Source: a virus | Taxonomy: Duplodnaviria; Heunggongvirae; Uroviricota; Caudoviricetes | DNA: 64,000 nucleotides | Reading direction: 5' to 3' (one strand) | Virus record (IMG/VR): IMGVR_UViG_3300013105_000002 | Location: 1-64,000 of that record | Part shown: one piece after another, positions 41,604-51,551 of the stretch | Numbering within the stretch: position 1 is the stretch's first letter | Layout: each line of letters starts with the position of its first letter | Position numbers and translations under genes: made by a program | Notes under the pieces: model-generated | Databases searched by the model: none | Told to the model about the DNA's origin: nothing | Seen by the model: only the letters and a program-made list of their open reading frames with translations

Positions 41604-41758
41604 TTAGCCTCTCTCAGATACGAAAGTGCCAGATTCACACCATCAATCTTTCCAGAGAGGCGAGTGGCCTCTGAACCTGCACCACTCTCGATTGCATCCT
41701 TGCGCATCTGCATAAGAGCAATCTTGGCGCTGAGCAACCTGTCTCGCAGAGTATCCAT
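41600..41758 (-). CDS. small coiled-coil protein (52 aa)
   Basis: ATGA/GTGA overlaps on both sides; below track cutoff. Confidence 0.35.
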   Translation of the reverse strand: MDTLRDRLLSAKIALMQMRKDAIESGAGSEATRLSGKIDGVNLALSYLREAK

Positions 41759-41874
41759 CAATCTACCTCGTCTTCCTCATCGTCCCAAAACTTGTTATTG
41801 ATTGCGTCGGTGTCAAGAAAGTCAGCAACTCTGTCAAGGAGCCGACCGATCCAATATCCAATCATCTTCCTCAT
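41758..41874 (-). CDS. small acidic protein (38 aa)
   Basis: ATGA overlap with upstream membrane-peptide gene. Confidence 0.25.
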   Translation of the reverse strand: MRKMIGYWIGRLLDRVADFLDTDAINNKFWDDEEDEVD

Positions 41875-42023
41875 TCTCTTCCGTCTCCGTTGCCGCTTGT
41901 TGTGAAAATGCACATTAGAAGTGCAAAAAGGGCGGTAACAATGAGCGTAGAAATAGGGTGCGTCAATAGAGCCATGAACCAAAAGAACGCGATTACCCAA
42001 AATACTACTACAGCAAGTTCCAT
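41871..42023 (-). CDS. small membrane protein (50 aa)
   Basis: strong RBS GGGAGG 6 nt before ATG; replaces spurious 109-aa ORF 41758-42087. Confidence 0.45.
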   Translation of the reverse strand: MELAVVVFWVIAFFWFMALLTHPISTLIVTALFALLMCIFTTSGNGDGRE

Positions 42024-42083
42024 TGTTACCTCCCAAAGTGTAGTGGGGCAGTTTAGACTGTGGTGATGCCCAGCACCAGCGAC

Positions 42084-42263
42084 TCAACCCTTCAGGGAAG
42101 TCTTTGCGTAGCGAATCTCACTCTTCTTGAAGAAGAGGGAGTTGCGAGGACCAACCTCGGCAACCGGGAAGACGCCAGCAGCAGCAAGACGCTGAACCTG
42201 TCGGACGCCGATACCACGGTACTCCGCAGCCTGACGAGCATTCAAAAGTGTGACCTTGGCCAT
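42084..42263 (-). CDS. helix-turn-helix DNA-binding protein (Xis/AlpA/MerR-like HTH)
   Basis: RBS AAGGAGA; LLNARQAAEYRGIGVRQVQRLAAAGVFP. Confidence 0.55.
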   Translation of the reverse strand: MAKVTLLNARQAAEYRGIGVRQVQRLAAAGVFPVAEVGPRNSLFFKKSEIRYAKTSLKG

Positions 42264-42823
42264 ATGTATGTTCTCCTTGTGTTGGTTGTGAGCAGTTGTG
42301 TGGCGTGCTCAGGCTCTCAGTACCCGACGAGTCTAGCAGAATCGTCGCAGTCCGTCAACCTCCGGTACATGTGGTACAGTGGAGGCATGCAGAGCACACT
42401 ACCACACAGATCGCCGGGTGCCAACTTGACGACCCTATGGGGTATCTGCTACCATAGTACATAGTTCGACAGGTTAGCCGCCTTTCCCTAGAAACTTCAT
42501 AGATTTCACCCGACAAGGTGAGCACGTATGAAATACCCGGTTTACAAGGCGGCTACCAGTAGACCGGGTATTTCTGTACCCTCTACCAAGCAGGCCGGTA
42601 GGTCGAACGTACCGGCGTGGGGGAAACCGGGCCACATGATGGCTACTCCTGACCCTAAGCGCAAAGAAAAGTATCAGTCAACAAGATCGGCTACTGCGAA
42701 AATATCATCTAGGTGATATTTTTGAAGCACTGACTGCTTGACTTCGATACTATCCTATGCGTGAGCGACCCCTAGGCTTGTAAAACCATATAGGGTACGC
42801 CTATGTCCAAAAGAAAGAGAACA

Positions 42824-43816
42824 ATGAGAATTTCCTTCAACACAAACCCCGGAAACCTAAACCTGAACACAGGTTATGGAGTCGCCGGGTTCGGAGTCGT
42901 AACAGCACTTCAGGCTCTTGGTCATGAAGTAAACTTCAAAGACTCATCTGCCCCAGTAGAAATCGCCATGTGTATGCCCGATTTCTCTTCTTGGTCAGAC
43001 AAGCACGCTTTTCATATCCAGTACACCCCTTGGGAGTCTACTGAACTGAAGCCGGGGTGGCTAGAAGCCTTCAATGGAAACTCCGATGAAGTATGGACCA
43101 CCTCTCCTTTGATCAGAAAGTGGTACATGCAGGCTGGTGTAACAAAGCCGGTACATACGTATGAACACGGAATTGACCCTCTTTGGACACCACGTAGACG
43201 CCGCAGGGACAAAGTTCTACGTTTCTTGCACATCGGTGAACCGGCGGTACGCAAGGGAGGCCAGATGGCCTATGAGGCTTTCAAGGAAGCCTTCGGTGAT
43301 CGTGAAGATGTTCATTTGACCATCAAGGCATGGAACCGCTCCAACGTGCGCGAGTACAAGGGGCAGTCTATCGTCGGCCTACCACACGAGTCAAGAGCCA
43401 ATGTAACCACCATTTACAATGACTTCAACACTGCTGAAATGGTCTTTCTGATGCACCGTCACCACGCTTTGGTGTATCCCTCTTGGGGAGAGGGCTTTGG
43501 GTTCATTCCTTTGGAGGCTATGGCTACTGGTCTTCCTACGGTTGTACCGGGCTCTTGGGCTCCATACCGGCGCTTCATCCAGCCCGAGTTGAACCTCGCA
43601 AGCAGTCTGGTAGACTCGCCATGGCCCATCGAGCACCCCGGCAAGATGTACGCACCAGACTACGATGATCTGGTCAAGCGTATGAAGGCGATTGACGAAA
43701 ACTATGACTACCTTGCGGGTAGAGCCTACAGATCGTCCTTTGACATTCACCGGGAGTACACGTGGGAGGCCGTTACGTCGAAGGCGTGGGACAGAATCTT
43801 CAAAATCTTTTCCTGA
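42824..43816 (+). CDS. GT-B fold glycosyltransferase (family 1/4-like)
   Basis: EGFGFIPLEAMATGLPTV (E-x7-E) motif; alternative start 42803. Confidence 0.7.
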   Translation: MRISFNTNPGNLNLNTGYGVAGFGVVTALQALGHEVNFKDSSAPVEIAMCMPDFSSWSDKHAFHIQYTPWESTELKPGWLEAFNGNSDEVWTTSPLIRKWYMQAGVTKPVHTYEHGIDPLWTPRRRRRDKVLRFLHIGEPAVRKGGQMAYEAFKEAFGDREDVHLTIKAWNRSNVREYKGQSIVGLPHESRANVTTIYNDFNTAEMVFLMHRHHALVYPSWGEGFGFIPLEAMATGLPTVVPGSWAPYRRFIQPELNLASSLVDSPWPIEHPGKMYAPDYDDLVKRMKAIDENYDYLAGRAYRSSFDIHREYTWEAVTSKAWDRIFKIFS

Positions 43817-43877
43817 TGGAGTGCTTTAGGAAGACCACGGACGTATACTGAGAGAACCACATTTTATAAAAGGAGAC

Positions 43878-45809
43878 ATGCAATACATGGAAGGATTTAT
43901 CCACAATGGCGACCTAACTGACCCGTTCAGGTCGTTCATTTCGAAGTCCAGATACGCCCGCTGGATTCCGGAAGCAAACCGTCGAGAGACATGGGAAGAG
44001 ACTTCCCACCGATACGCCGATTTCATCGCGCCGAAGGTCGGACTGTCACCCGAGACAAAGGGCGAACTGATCAACAAGATCATGCAGCATGAGGTAATGC
44101 CCTCAATGCGTGCAATCATGACCGCTGGCGAGGCGCTAGAGCGTAGCAACGTCGCTGGCTACAACTGTTCATTCATCGCAATCGATGACCTACGAGCCTT
44201 TGACGAGGCTCTGTACATTCTTATGTGTGGTACCGGGCTAGGTTTCTCCGCTGAGAAGAAGCACGTTCGTTACTTGCCAGAGGTTCCTGCCTCCATTGAG
44301 GCTTCAGAGACGGTTATCGTTGTTGAGGACTCCAAGGAAGGTTGGGCACGAGCATACCGCGAGTTGATTGAAAGCCTGTTCCGTGGCGAACTGCCTAAGT
44401 GGGACTTGCGTCAGTTGCGCCCAGAGGGTGCACGTCTAAAGACTTTCGGTGGACGTTCATCTGGTCCAGCACCTCTGAATGAACTGTTTGAGTTCACAGT
44501 GGCAATGGTTGCCGGTGCACGTGGCCGTCGTCTAAAGCCAATTGAGGTTCATGACCTCATGTGCAAGATCGGATCGGTAGTTGTTGTAGGTGGCGTGCGC
44601 CGCTCAGCACTTATCTCTCTATCTTCACTGACTGACGAGGACATTCGTGACGCAAAGTCCGGTGAATGGTGGCAGGACTACCCACACCGTGCACTTTCAA
44701 ACAACTCCGCAGTCTACAACTCAAAGCCGAGCCGTTCTGAGTTTGACCGTGAGTGGGAGGCATTGGTTGCTTCTGGTTCTGGTGAGCGTGGAATCTTCAA
44801 TCTCGCGGGTGCGCGTGCGCACGTGCCTGAGCGCAGAGACGAATCACAGATCATGGGAACCAATCCTTGCGCCGAGATTCTTCTTCGCTCTATGGGATTC
44901 TGTAACCTGACAGAGATTATCGTCCGTGAGGGCGATGACCTAGAGACTTTGAAGGAAAAGGTTCGCTGGGCAACTCTCATCGGTACGTGGCAGTCTACGC
45001 TAGTAAACTTCCCTTACCTGCGTGAAGAGTGGAAGAAGAATGCAGAAGAGGAACGTCTTCTAGGCGTTTCCATGACCGGCCAGATGGGACACCCTGTTCT
45101 AAACGGTCGTTCAGGCCGTGCCGAGCGCAAGAAGTGGCTTCAGGAACTGAAGAAGGTTGCTATTGCCACAAACAAGAAGGAAGCACGTCGTCTGGGCATC
45201 AATCCAGCAGCGGCTATTACTACAGTAAAGCCGTCCGGTACCGTTTCCACACTAACGAATACCGCATCTGGAATGCACGCATGGCACGACGATTTCTACA
45301 TTCGCACCGTGCGCTGCGACAAGAATGACCCGATTGCTCGCTTCATGGAGGACGCGGGTGTGCCGGTGGAGGATGACGTTATGAATCCAAAGGCAGTTGT
45401 GTTCTCATTCCCGTTCAAGGCTCCGGAGGGTGCTATCACACGTAACGACCAGAACGCCATCGAGCAGTTGGAGAACTGGCTTGACTACAAGATGTACTGG
45501 ACAGAGCACTCTCCGTCCGTTACCGTCTCTGTAAAGCCAGAGGAATGGAAGGAAGTTGGTGACTGGGTATTCAAGCACTTTGATCTGGTCACTGGAATTT
45601 CATTCCTGCCTTACGCGGATCACGTGTACAAGCAGGCTCCATTCCAGACTGTCGATCAGGCCACCTATGAGGCTGCAAAGGCAGAAATGCCTGAGGTTCT
45701 AGAGTGGGACTGGCTTCCAATGTACGAAAAGGAAGACACGACCACTGGATCACAGACTCTTGCCTGCACCGCTGGTGTGTGTGATGTTGTCGATCTAATC
45801 AAGTCATAA
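43878..45809 (+). CDS. nrdJ: ribonucleotide reductase, class II (adenosylcobalamin-dependent, monomeric type)
   Basis: RBS AAGGAGA; GFCNLTE active-site loop, C-terminal CTAGVC pair; no beta subunit nearby. Confidence 0.7.
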   Translation: MQYMEGFIHNGDLTDPFRSFISKSRYARWIPEANRRETWEETSHRYADFIAPKVGLSPETKGELINKIMQHEVMPSMRAIMTAGEALERSNVAGYNCSFIAIDDLRAFDEALYILMCGTGLGFSAEKKHVRYLPEVPASIEASETVIVVEDSKEGWARAYRELIESLFRGELPKWDLRQLRPEGARLKTFGGRSSGPAPLNELFEFTVAMVAGARGRRLKPIEVHDLMCKIGSVVVVGGVRRSALISLSSLTDEDIRDAKSGEWWQDYPHRALSNNSAVYNSKPSRSEFDREWEALVASGSGERGIFNLAGARAHVPERRDESQIMGTNPCAEILLRSMGFCNLTEIIVREGDDLETLKEKVRWATLIGTWQSTLVNFPYLREEWKKNAEEERLLGVSMTGQMGHPVLNGRSGRAERKKWLQELKKVAIATNKKEARRLGINPAAAITTVKPSGTVSTLTNTASGMHAWHDDFYIRTVRCDKNDPIARFMEDAGVPVEDDVMNPKAVVFSFPFKAPEGAITRNDQNAIEQLENWLDYKMYWTEHSPSVTVSVKPEEWKEVGDWVFKHFDLVTGISFLPYADHVYKQAPFQTVDQATYEAAKAEMPEVLEWDWLPMYEKEDTTTGSQTLACTAGVCDVVDLIKS

Positions 45810-45825
45810 CAGGACAAATGCGATG

Positions 45826-45849
45826 GGCCGGTATCTTCGGATACCGGCC
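45826..45849 (+). terminator. rho-independent terminator
   Basis: ggccggtatc ttcg gataccggcc + ttttg. Confidence 0.65.
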
Positions 45850-45850
45850 T

Positions 45851-45879
45851 TTTGCATTCTAAGCCTAAACGAGTATAAT
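45851..45879 (+). promoter_or_regulatory. late-type promoter TTTGCA-17-TATAAT
   Basis: -35 45851-45856, -10 45874-45879. Confidence 0.5.
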
Positions 45880-45909
45880 TTGACTTGAAAAGAGGTGAGA
45901 TTTACAAAC

Positions 45910-47139
45910 ATGGCAACAAAGACATACAACGGAGTGACCCTAGAGGTCACCAAGCGACAGGGTTGGACTCTGGACACGCGTACGGCTGCGTATTTTGATG
46001 CAGTCAACTCAGGCATGCCGGGAGGCGTAGTTATTATTCAGGGCTCCTACAACACCAGTGTGGGCGCTTCAGCAGGTACCCACGATGGCCCCGGTGCTCT
46101 AGACCTAAAGCCTGCGGACCCAAACAAGCGTAACACTGCTGGATACAAGCAACTGGAAACGGTGGCTCGTCAGCGCGGTGGTGCAGCATGGTTCCGTCCA
46201 TGGGCTAACAACTACCACGTCCACATCATTGTGATTGGAACTCGTGGTCTTCCAGCAATTGCAGCGAAGCAGGTTGTGTCATACCAGAACGGACGTGACG
46301 GACTTGTCTCTAACCTACGAATCACTGGCGTGATCAACACGACCTTTGAGAAGTGGAAGAATGCAGTTCTCAACATCGGTGCAGCAGTGTCAGACAATGC
46401 AAAGGTTCGACTAATGCAGAAGGCTGTTCGTCAAACTGTAGACGGCGTGTGGGGAGAGCAGACCGACATTGATCTACGTAACACTCGTGCAGAGGCACTT
46501 GCCGGATACAAGGGCAAGTATTTCAACATGTGGAATGATGTTCAGCAGAAGCGCATGCAGAAGTCTTGGGGAGCATATCAGGACGGACTTTGGGGACCGG
46601 CAACGGCAGCCCTAGCAAAGAAGGCCGTCATCGATATTCAGCGTGCTCTAGGACAGACCGCCGATGGCATCTGGGGACCAGTTACAGACCGCGCATTTGT
46701 AGCGCTTCGTCAGAAGATTTACAAGGGCACGTCTGGACTGCCTTCAGTTCCAGTGGCTACTGCTCCAAAGCCAGCCGCTCCGAAGCCTATCGACTTCTCC
46801 TACCCGTTCGCTCGTGGACACGCAAACTTCTTCCCATATCCGGGTAAGCAGGGTGCGTCATACTACGGACCAAGCGTAGCAGGTAGAGCGTGGTACTCTG
46901 GCAAGACTGCCGGTGGCACCAATGGGGAGAGCACTTGGGATACAGGCAATCTAAACCTTGCCGCTATCCGTAGCCGTATCAAGAAGATTCAGAAGTTCCT
47001 AGGAATTACTCAGGACGGAATGTACGGCGCACAGACTGTGGCAGCAGTGAAGAGATATCAGGCCAAGAAGAAGTTCAACCAAGACGGAATCGTTGGTCCC
47101 GGCACGTGGCAGGCAATGGCCCGTGACCGTGGTCAGTGA
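45910..47139 (+). CDS. endolysin: M15-family peptidase domain + 4-5 peptidoglycan-binding repeats
   Basis: SAGTHDGPGALDL and HVHI zinc-peptidase-like motifs; repeats DGVWGEQT, DGLWGPAT, DGIWGPVT, DGMYGAQT, DGIVGPGTW. Confidence 0.6.
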   Translation: MATKTYNGVTLEVTKRQGWTLDTRTAAYFDAVNSGMPGGVVIIQGSYNTSVGASAGTHDGPGALDLKPADPNKRNTAGYKQLETVARQRGGAAWFRPWANNYHVHIIVIGTRGLPAIAAKQVVSYQNGRDGLVSNLRITGVINTTFEKWKNAVLNIGAAVSDNAKVRLMQKAVRQTVDGVWGEQTDIDLRNTRAEALAGYKGKYFNMWNDVQQKRMQKSWGAYQDGLWGPATAALAKKAVIDIQRALGQTADGIWGPVTDRAFVALRQKIYKGTSGLPSVPVATAPKPAAPKPIDFSYPFARGHANFFPYPGKQGASYYGPSVAGRAWYSGKTAGGTNGESTWDTGNLNLAAIRSRIKKIQKFLGITQDGMYGAQTVAAVKRYQAKKKFNQDGIVGPGTWQAMARDRGQ

Positions 47140-47270
47140 TTGACAGCCAAAAGGGTTGGGTGTATAATTAGAACTGTCGGAAGTTCGTGGTTGGACTTCA
47201 CATGACAGTGGCGAATTCCATTACGCCTTTAGTGCAGTGAATTCGTTATCCTTAGGTTGGTTTGGTTACA

Positions 47271-47301
47271 GGAAGGCCCCCGCTCAATGCGGGGGCCTTC
47301 C
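47271..47301 (+). terminator. rho-independent terminator
   Basis: 13-bp stem ggaaggcccccgc/gcgggggccttcc. Confidence 0.65.
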
Positions 47302-47324
47302 GCTATTTATGCTATACTTTCAAC

Positions 47325-49067
47325 ATGAACTTCTACGATTACGTTCTCAGAGACAGTCCCCGAGCAGCCTACAAGCCGAACACAGCAGGCACAACATGGG
47401 TTGATATCTCTGGAAACGGCTTCTCAAACTATCTGGGAACACAGAACAAGACTTCGGCTCTAGTGGCTGGCAACGACTATTCACTGATTGTTGGTCCATC
47501 CAGTGCTTTCGGATTCTCTGTGGGCGAGGTATGGAAGATCGGCAAGGAGTTCCAGCCATTCACGATTGAGTGCGTTCTATTGCCTCTCGTAAATGTTGGA
47601 GATATGAATATTGCATCCCACTACTCTGGCTCACCGCCCGATGGGCTGCACATCGACTCAAACAAGATTTACTTCGATGTGGTATTCGGCGCGGGGCGTG
47701 TATCCGCTGCGTGGGAGTACCCAGATGTTGTAGAGGCATACACGCTTCATGCAGTCTACACCCCGAATAAGTTGCAACTGTGGGCCAATGGCGAACTGGT
47801 TGCAGAAACATCTATTCCAGATGGCTTCGTAGCCACTGGATTCTCACAGTCACCAGACGGAGACCTCTATGTAGGAAACTCATCGTCCAATGGTGACAAG
47901 GCGGCATTCGACGGGCTGGCATTCTACAACTACGCTTTGACTGAAGACCAGATCAAGCAGCACTTCAATGCAGCACGCGATGTTGTTTCGATGGAGCATA
48001 ACGTACTTGCTCAGGGCGGTTCATGGAGAGACGGAACTGACCGTAACATCTATCTTCAGAAGACTTTCAACAGCACGGCAACATTCTACTCTGACAACAT
48101 GACCAATGTGTCAATTGCAGATGGCGAACTGAAGCCAGCGCTCGATGCAACCACAAACCTGTCATTGGCCGGTACGTGGGTCGGTAGATTCGAAATCAGT
48201 TCAGACGATATCAGCAGCATCGCCGGTATCAAGGCTGAATGGAATGCAAATGGAGTCTACACAGTACAAACGTCCCTTGATGGCGGGTCCACATGGAGTG
48301 CCGTTACGAACGGCGAATTGATCGCAGCCAGTCAAGGGCTTAACCCTAGCGGAAAGATTCTGCTAGTAAAGGTCACATTCCCCGGTGGTCTGTCAAATGA
48401 CCCTGCTGAGATTCGTGATCTGACTCTAACGGCGTATCTGGACTACTTCGCCTATGGCTCAAACAACAGCAGACTACTACAGTTGAGCACTCTGAGTTCA
48501 ACATCGCTGGTGAGAAATGAGCCAATCGAGTCCAACTCACGCCCCGGCATTCACGTGTACGGCAACAATCTTCTGTTGCAGCCAGACGCTGATGCCACCC
48601 CTAGCATGATCAGAACCATGGAGTTCTGGGTAAAGGTGGCCGGTGTCACTTCTGGAAGCGGCGGTTATCTCTTTGACACCAGAGGATACGGCGGCACAGC
48701 ATACATGTGGCTTCCAGAGGCCAGCACCACATGGGGGTATGCAGGAGCAACCGCTGTATACATCAATGGTCAGTCGGTGGCAAATGGTGTGGCTGCCAAG
48801 AAGAACGAGTGGGCACATATCATCTTCGTCTTCCCGGCAGACTTCAACACCAATGTGACCATTGCAGCAGGGCAGCAAATCGCTGAGTACAACCTGATTG
48901 CAACATACCCTACGGCATTTACCGCCGCTCAGGCTCTTGCCCAGTATCAGAACTACAGCAGGGTTCCAGTGGCCTCAATTGTCGATCCGGCAGTCGTTAC
49001 TGTCTTTGAACCAGTAAATCCGTATGTCCTGACCATGCGTGACTGGACCAATCTACCGCAGCAGTAA
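47325..49067 (+). CDS. LamG/concanavalin-like jelly-roll domain protein (possible virion or surface-binding protein)
   Basis: extended -10 TGCTATACT 7 nt before ATG 47325 (leaderless); LamG-like sequence features. Confidence 0.5.
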   Translation: MNFYDYVLRDSPRAAYKPNTAGTTWVDISGNGFSNYLGTQNKTSALVAGNDYSLIVGPSSAFGFSVGEVWKIGKEFQPFTIECVLLPLVNVGDMNIASHYSGSPPDGLHIDSNKIYFDVVFGAGRVSAAWEYPDVVEAYTLHAVYTPNKLQLWANGELVAETSIPDGFVATGFSQSPDGDLYVGNSSSNGDKAAFDGLAFYNYALTEDQIKQHFNAARDVVSMEHNVLAQGGSWRDGTDRNIYLQKTFNSTATFYSDNMTNVSIADGELKPALDATTNLSLAGTWVGRFEISSDDISSIAGIKAEWNANGVYTVQTSLDGGSTWSAVTNGELIAASQGLNPSGKILLVKVTFPGGLSNDPAEIRDLTLTAYLDYFAYGSNNSRLLQLSTLSSTSLVRNEPIESNSRPGIHVYGNNLLLQPDADATPSMIRTMEFWVKVAGVTSGSGGYLFDTRGYGGTAYMWLPEASTTWGYAGATAVYINGQSVANGVAAKKNEWAHIIFVFPADFNTNVTIAAGQQIAEYNLIATYPTAFTAAQALAQYQNYSRVPVASIVDPAVVTVFEPVNPYVLTMRDWTNLPQQ

Positions 49068-49088
49068 TGTCCTGAGCGTGTCCATTCG

Positions 49089-49117
49089 TTTGCACATATG
49101 AAATAAGATGGTACAAT
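49089..49117 (+). promoter_or_regulatory. late-type promoter TTTGCA-17-TACAAT, leaderless
   Basis: -10 49112-49117; ATG 49125 is 7 nt downstream. Confidence 0.5.
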
Positions 49118-49124
49118 TTTCATT

Positions 49125-49475
49125 ATGGGAAGAATTCAAGCAATCGAAGAGTCAGAATACGGTGTGTATGTCTGGCTAGACGCAGATGGAAAGATTCTAG
49201 CGGACGAAGAGTTCCGCATGCTTTCCGTTCCTGCGAAGAAGGGTGACATGACAAAGGTCATGGCATTGAAGAGGGTAGCCTTTGAGGTCATGAAGGACTA
49301 CGGTATGGAGCCCGGTGGCATGCCCCACTTCATGTCAGGCCGTCGTCAAATTACGGACGATGAGTTCGAACACCAGAGGGCACGTCACAACATGGGGCTA
49401 ATTCCTGACCCTTATGACGACGCTGCACTGAAGGAAGAAGCGGAGTTGTTGAAGAAGAATGTCAGACGAGACTAA
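49125..49475 (+). CDS. hypothetical protein
   Basis: 116-aa ORF. Confidence 0.5.
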   Translation: MGRIQAIEESEYGVYVWLDADGKILADEEFRMLSVPAKKGDMTKVMALKRVAFEVMKDYGMEPGGMPHFMSGRRQITDDEFEHQRARHNMGLIPDPYDDAALKEEAELLKKNVRRD

Positions 49476-51090
49476 GGAGCCAAAGGCTACGCGCAGCGTA
49501 GTTGACGAGGCAGCAATGGTCGGCGGTGCTGTGGACGACGCCGGTAGAAAGGCGTATGACCATGTAATCGTCGGCATGACCAAGGATGCTGAGCCCGTCC
49601 CAGAAACAGACCCGTTCGCACAGGACGCTGAGGTGTTCAAGACCATGGATGGCCTTTCTGACACCTCAAAGAAGCGTGCCTACAGGGCCTTCAAGAAGGC
49701 TTTCGAAGGCGCGGACGGTGCCAAGAGCACTCAGCGTGAGAGAAACGAAGAGTTCGTCTCAGGCTATCAGTTGCTCGACGTGGCGCTACCTCCACACAAC
49801 CTTGACTATCTAGCCAAGTTGTACTTCCTTTCTTCACCGCACTTTGCTGCTGTGAATGTAAAGGTGTCAAACATCGTTGGACTGGGATATGACTTCCTTG
49901 ACTCTCCGGACACTCAGGACACATTGAGTGACGCCGAGGAAAGCAAGCGTGCCAAGATGCAGAAGAAGTTGCGTACCCAGCGACAGATGATGTTCAAGTG
50001 GCTGGATTCATGCAACAAGGAACTGACCTTCCTAGAGGTTCTGAAGAACATCTACATCGACTACGAAGCAACCGGAAACGGTTACATGGAGATTGGTCGC
50101 AAGAAGAATGGCGAGATTGGCTACATCGGCCACATTCCGTCAGCAACAATGCGCGTGCGCCGCAAGCGTGATGGCTATGTCCAGATCACTGGAAAGACTG
50201 CACAGTTCTTCAAGCACTTCGGTAGCGATACGGAAGACCCAATCGGTGAGAACGTGGGCGGTGTCAATGAGGTTATCCACTTCAAGAAGTACAGCCCAAG
50301 CAACTCATACTACGGCGTTCCGGATATCATCGCTGCATCACAGGCTGTGGCCGGTAACGAGTTTGCCGCACGCTTCAACCTAGACTACTTCGAAAACAAG
50401 GCTGTGCCTCGTTACGTTGTTGTGGTCAAGGGTGGAAACCTAGGCGTAGGCTCACAGCGTCAGATTGTGGAGTTCTTCGAAACGGGTATGCGTGGAAAGA
50501 ACCACCGCACCCTGTTCGTGCCTCTGCCTGCTGACCGTGGAGACGAGAAGGTTTCATTCGAAATGAAGCCGGTAGAGTCTGGAACGCAGGATGCATCATT
50601 CGTGAACTACAATAGAGTTAACAACGCAAGCATCTTCATGGTGCACCGCACACCGGCCTCAAAGACTGGTTTCGCGGGCGATGGTATCTCTCTTGCAGCA
50701 GCACGAGACGCTGACAAGACATTCAAGGAAGGTGTATGCCGTCCAGAGCAGAAGATTTTCGAGAAGAAGGTTGCCCCTATCTTCTCGGAGAAGACAGACA
50801 TGTTCATCTTCAAGTTGAACGAGTTGACTCTAACCGATGAGGACACTCAGAGCAAGATCGATGAGCGTTACCTACGTATGCAGGTTCTTGTACCTAACGA
50901 GATTCGCGCACGCGCAGGCATGCCGGGTCTAAAGGGCGGGGACAAGGTTGTTGACCTAAAGGCACAGGCAGCAGAGCAGACAGCACAGGCAACAGGAAAC
51001 AGGGTGAGAGACCAAAACCGCTCAGCAGGGGCGACTGACAGCGCAGGCGAAGGTCGTAACGCGAAGGGCGACGGTAGGTCAACGAGTTAA
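49459..51090 (+). CDS. portal protein
   Basis: 543 aa; YYGVPDIIAASQAVAG, LDYFENKAVPRYVVVVKGG portal-like motifs; position upstream of protease/MCP. Confidence 0.7.
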   Translation: MSDETKEPKATRSVVDEAAMVGGAVDDAGRKAYDHVIVGMTKDAEPVPETDPFAQDAEVFKTMDGLSDTSKKRAYRAFKKAFEGADGAKSTQRERNEEFVSGYQLLDVALPPHNLDYLAKLYFLSSPHFAAVNVKVSNIVGLGYDFLDSPDTQDTLSDAEESKRAKMQKKLRTQRQMMFKWLDSCNKELTFLEVLKNIYIDYEATGNGYMEIGRKKNGEIGYIGHIPSATMRVRRKRDGYVQITGKTAQFFKHFGSDTEDPIGENVGGVNEVIHFKKYSPSNSYYGVPDIIAASQAVAGNEFAARFNLDYFENKAVPRYVVVVKGGNLGVGSQRQIVEFFETGMRGKNHRTLFVPLPADRGDEKVSFEMKPVESGTQDASFVNYNRVNNASIFMVHRTPASKTGFAGDGISLAAARDADKTFKEGVCRPEQKIFEKKVAPIFSEKTDMFIFKLNELTLTDEDTQSKIDERYLRMQVLVPNEIRARAGMPGLKGGDKVVDLKAQAAEQTAQATGNRVRDQNRSAGATDSAGEGRNAKGDGRSTS

Positions 51091-51503
51091 TGATTAGATC
51101 ACTGAAGCGAGCATTGAGGGAAATCATTCAGCCAATCAACACGGCTGCCGTGATGATTCTTGGCGTCTTCACGATCTTGTGGGGCGCTTGGGTGTTCATT
51201 CCATTCTGGGACGTGTTCACCCGAGCGCCCGCATTTCAATACTTCCTGATCCTTCCAGAATATTTCTGGGGAGGCGTGGCTATCGCAGCCGGTTCAGCAA
51301 TGATGTATGGTGTTCTGAAGTCGTCATACCGCTCTCTGTCAATTGGAGCAATGACAGGCTTCCTGCACTGGTTGGTAATTTGTGTGTTCTTCTTCGCAGG
51401 AGACTGGCAGAACGTCGGCGGTGTCACCTATATGATGATTGCAGTGTACTGTGCATTCATTCGTGTTAATCTCGCAGCAAATCGTAAGACGTTTGAAAAG
51501 TAA
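51090..51503 (+). CDS. membrane protein
   Basis: ATGA overlap; 4 TM helices. Confidence 0.55.
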   Translation: MIRSLKRALREIIQPINTAAVMILGVFTILWGAWVFIPFWDVFTRAPAFQYFLILPEYFWGGVAIAAGSAMMYGVLKSSYRSLSIGAMTGFLHWLVICVFFFAGDWQNVGGVTYMMIAVYCAFIRVNLAANRKTFEK

Positions 51504-51515
51504 TCGACTGAAATT

Positions 51516-51544
51516 TTGCTTTGTGAAAACACTTCTGATATTAT
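51516..51544 (+). promoter_or_regulatory. late-type promoter TTGCTT-17-TATTAT inside conserved TTTTGCTTTGTGA motif, leaderless
   Basis: -10 51539-51544, ATG 51552. Confidence 0.45.
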
Positions 51545-51551
51545 TCATAAC

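Noticed and set aside
41758-42087. 109-aa minus-strand ORF
   Set aside because: There is no RBS. Two shorter genes replace it in other frames: a 50-aa membrane protein with GGGAGG RBS and a 38-aa acidic protein, both with canonical overlaps.
42528-42716. 62-aa + strand ORF in the divergent intergenic region
   Set aside because: It spans a perfect 12-bp inverted repeat and hairpins, has no RBS, and its product is low-complexity.
43897-43905. Isolated perfect DnaA box TTATCCACA inside the RNR gene
   Set aside because: It is a single copy within coding sequence (codons GFIHN), consistent with chance. Only the 8-box cluster at 37.6 kb is considered meaningful.
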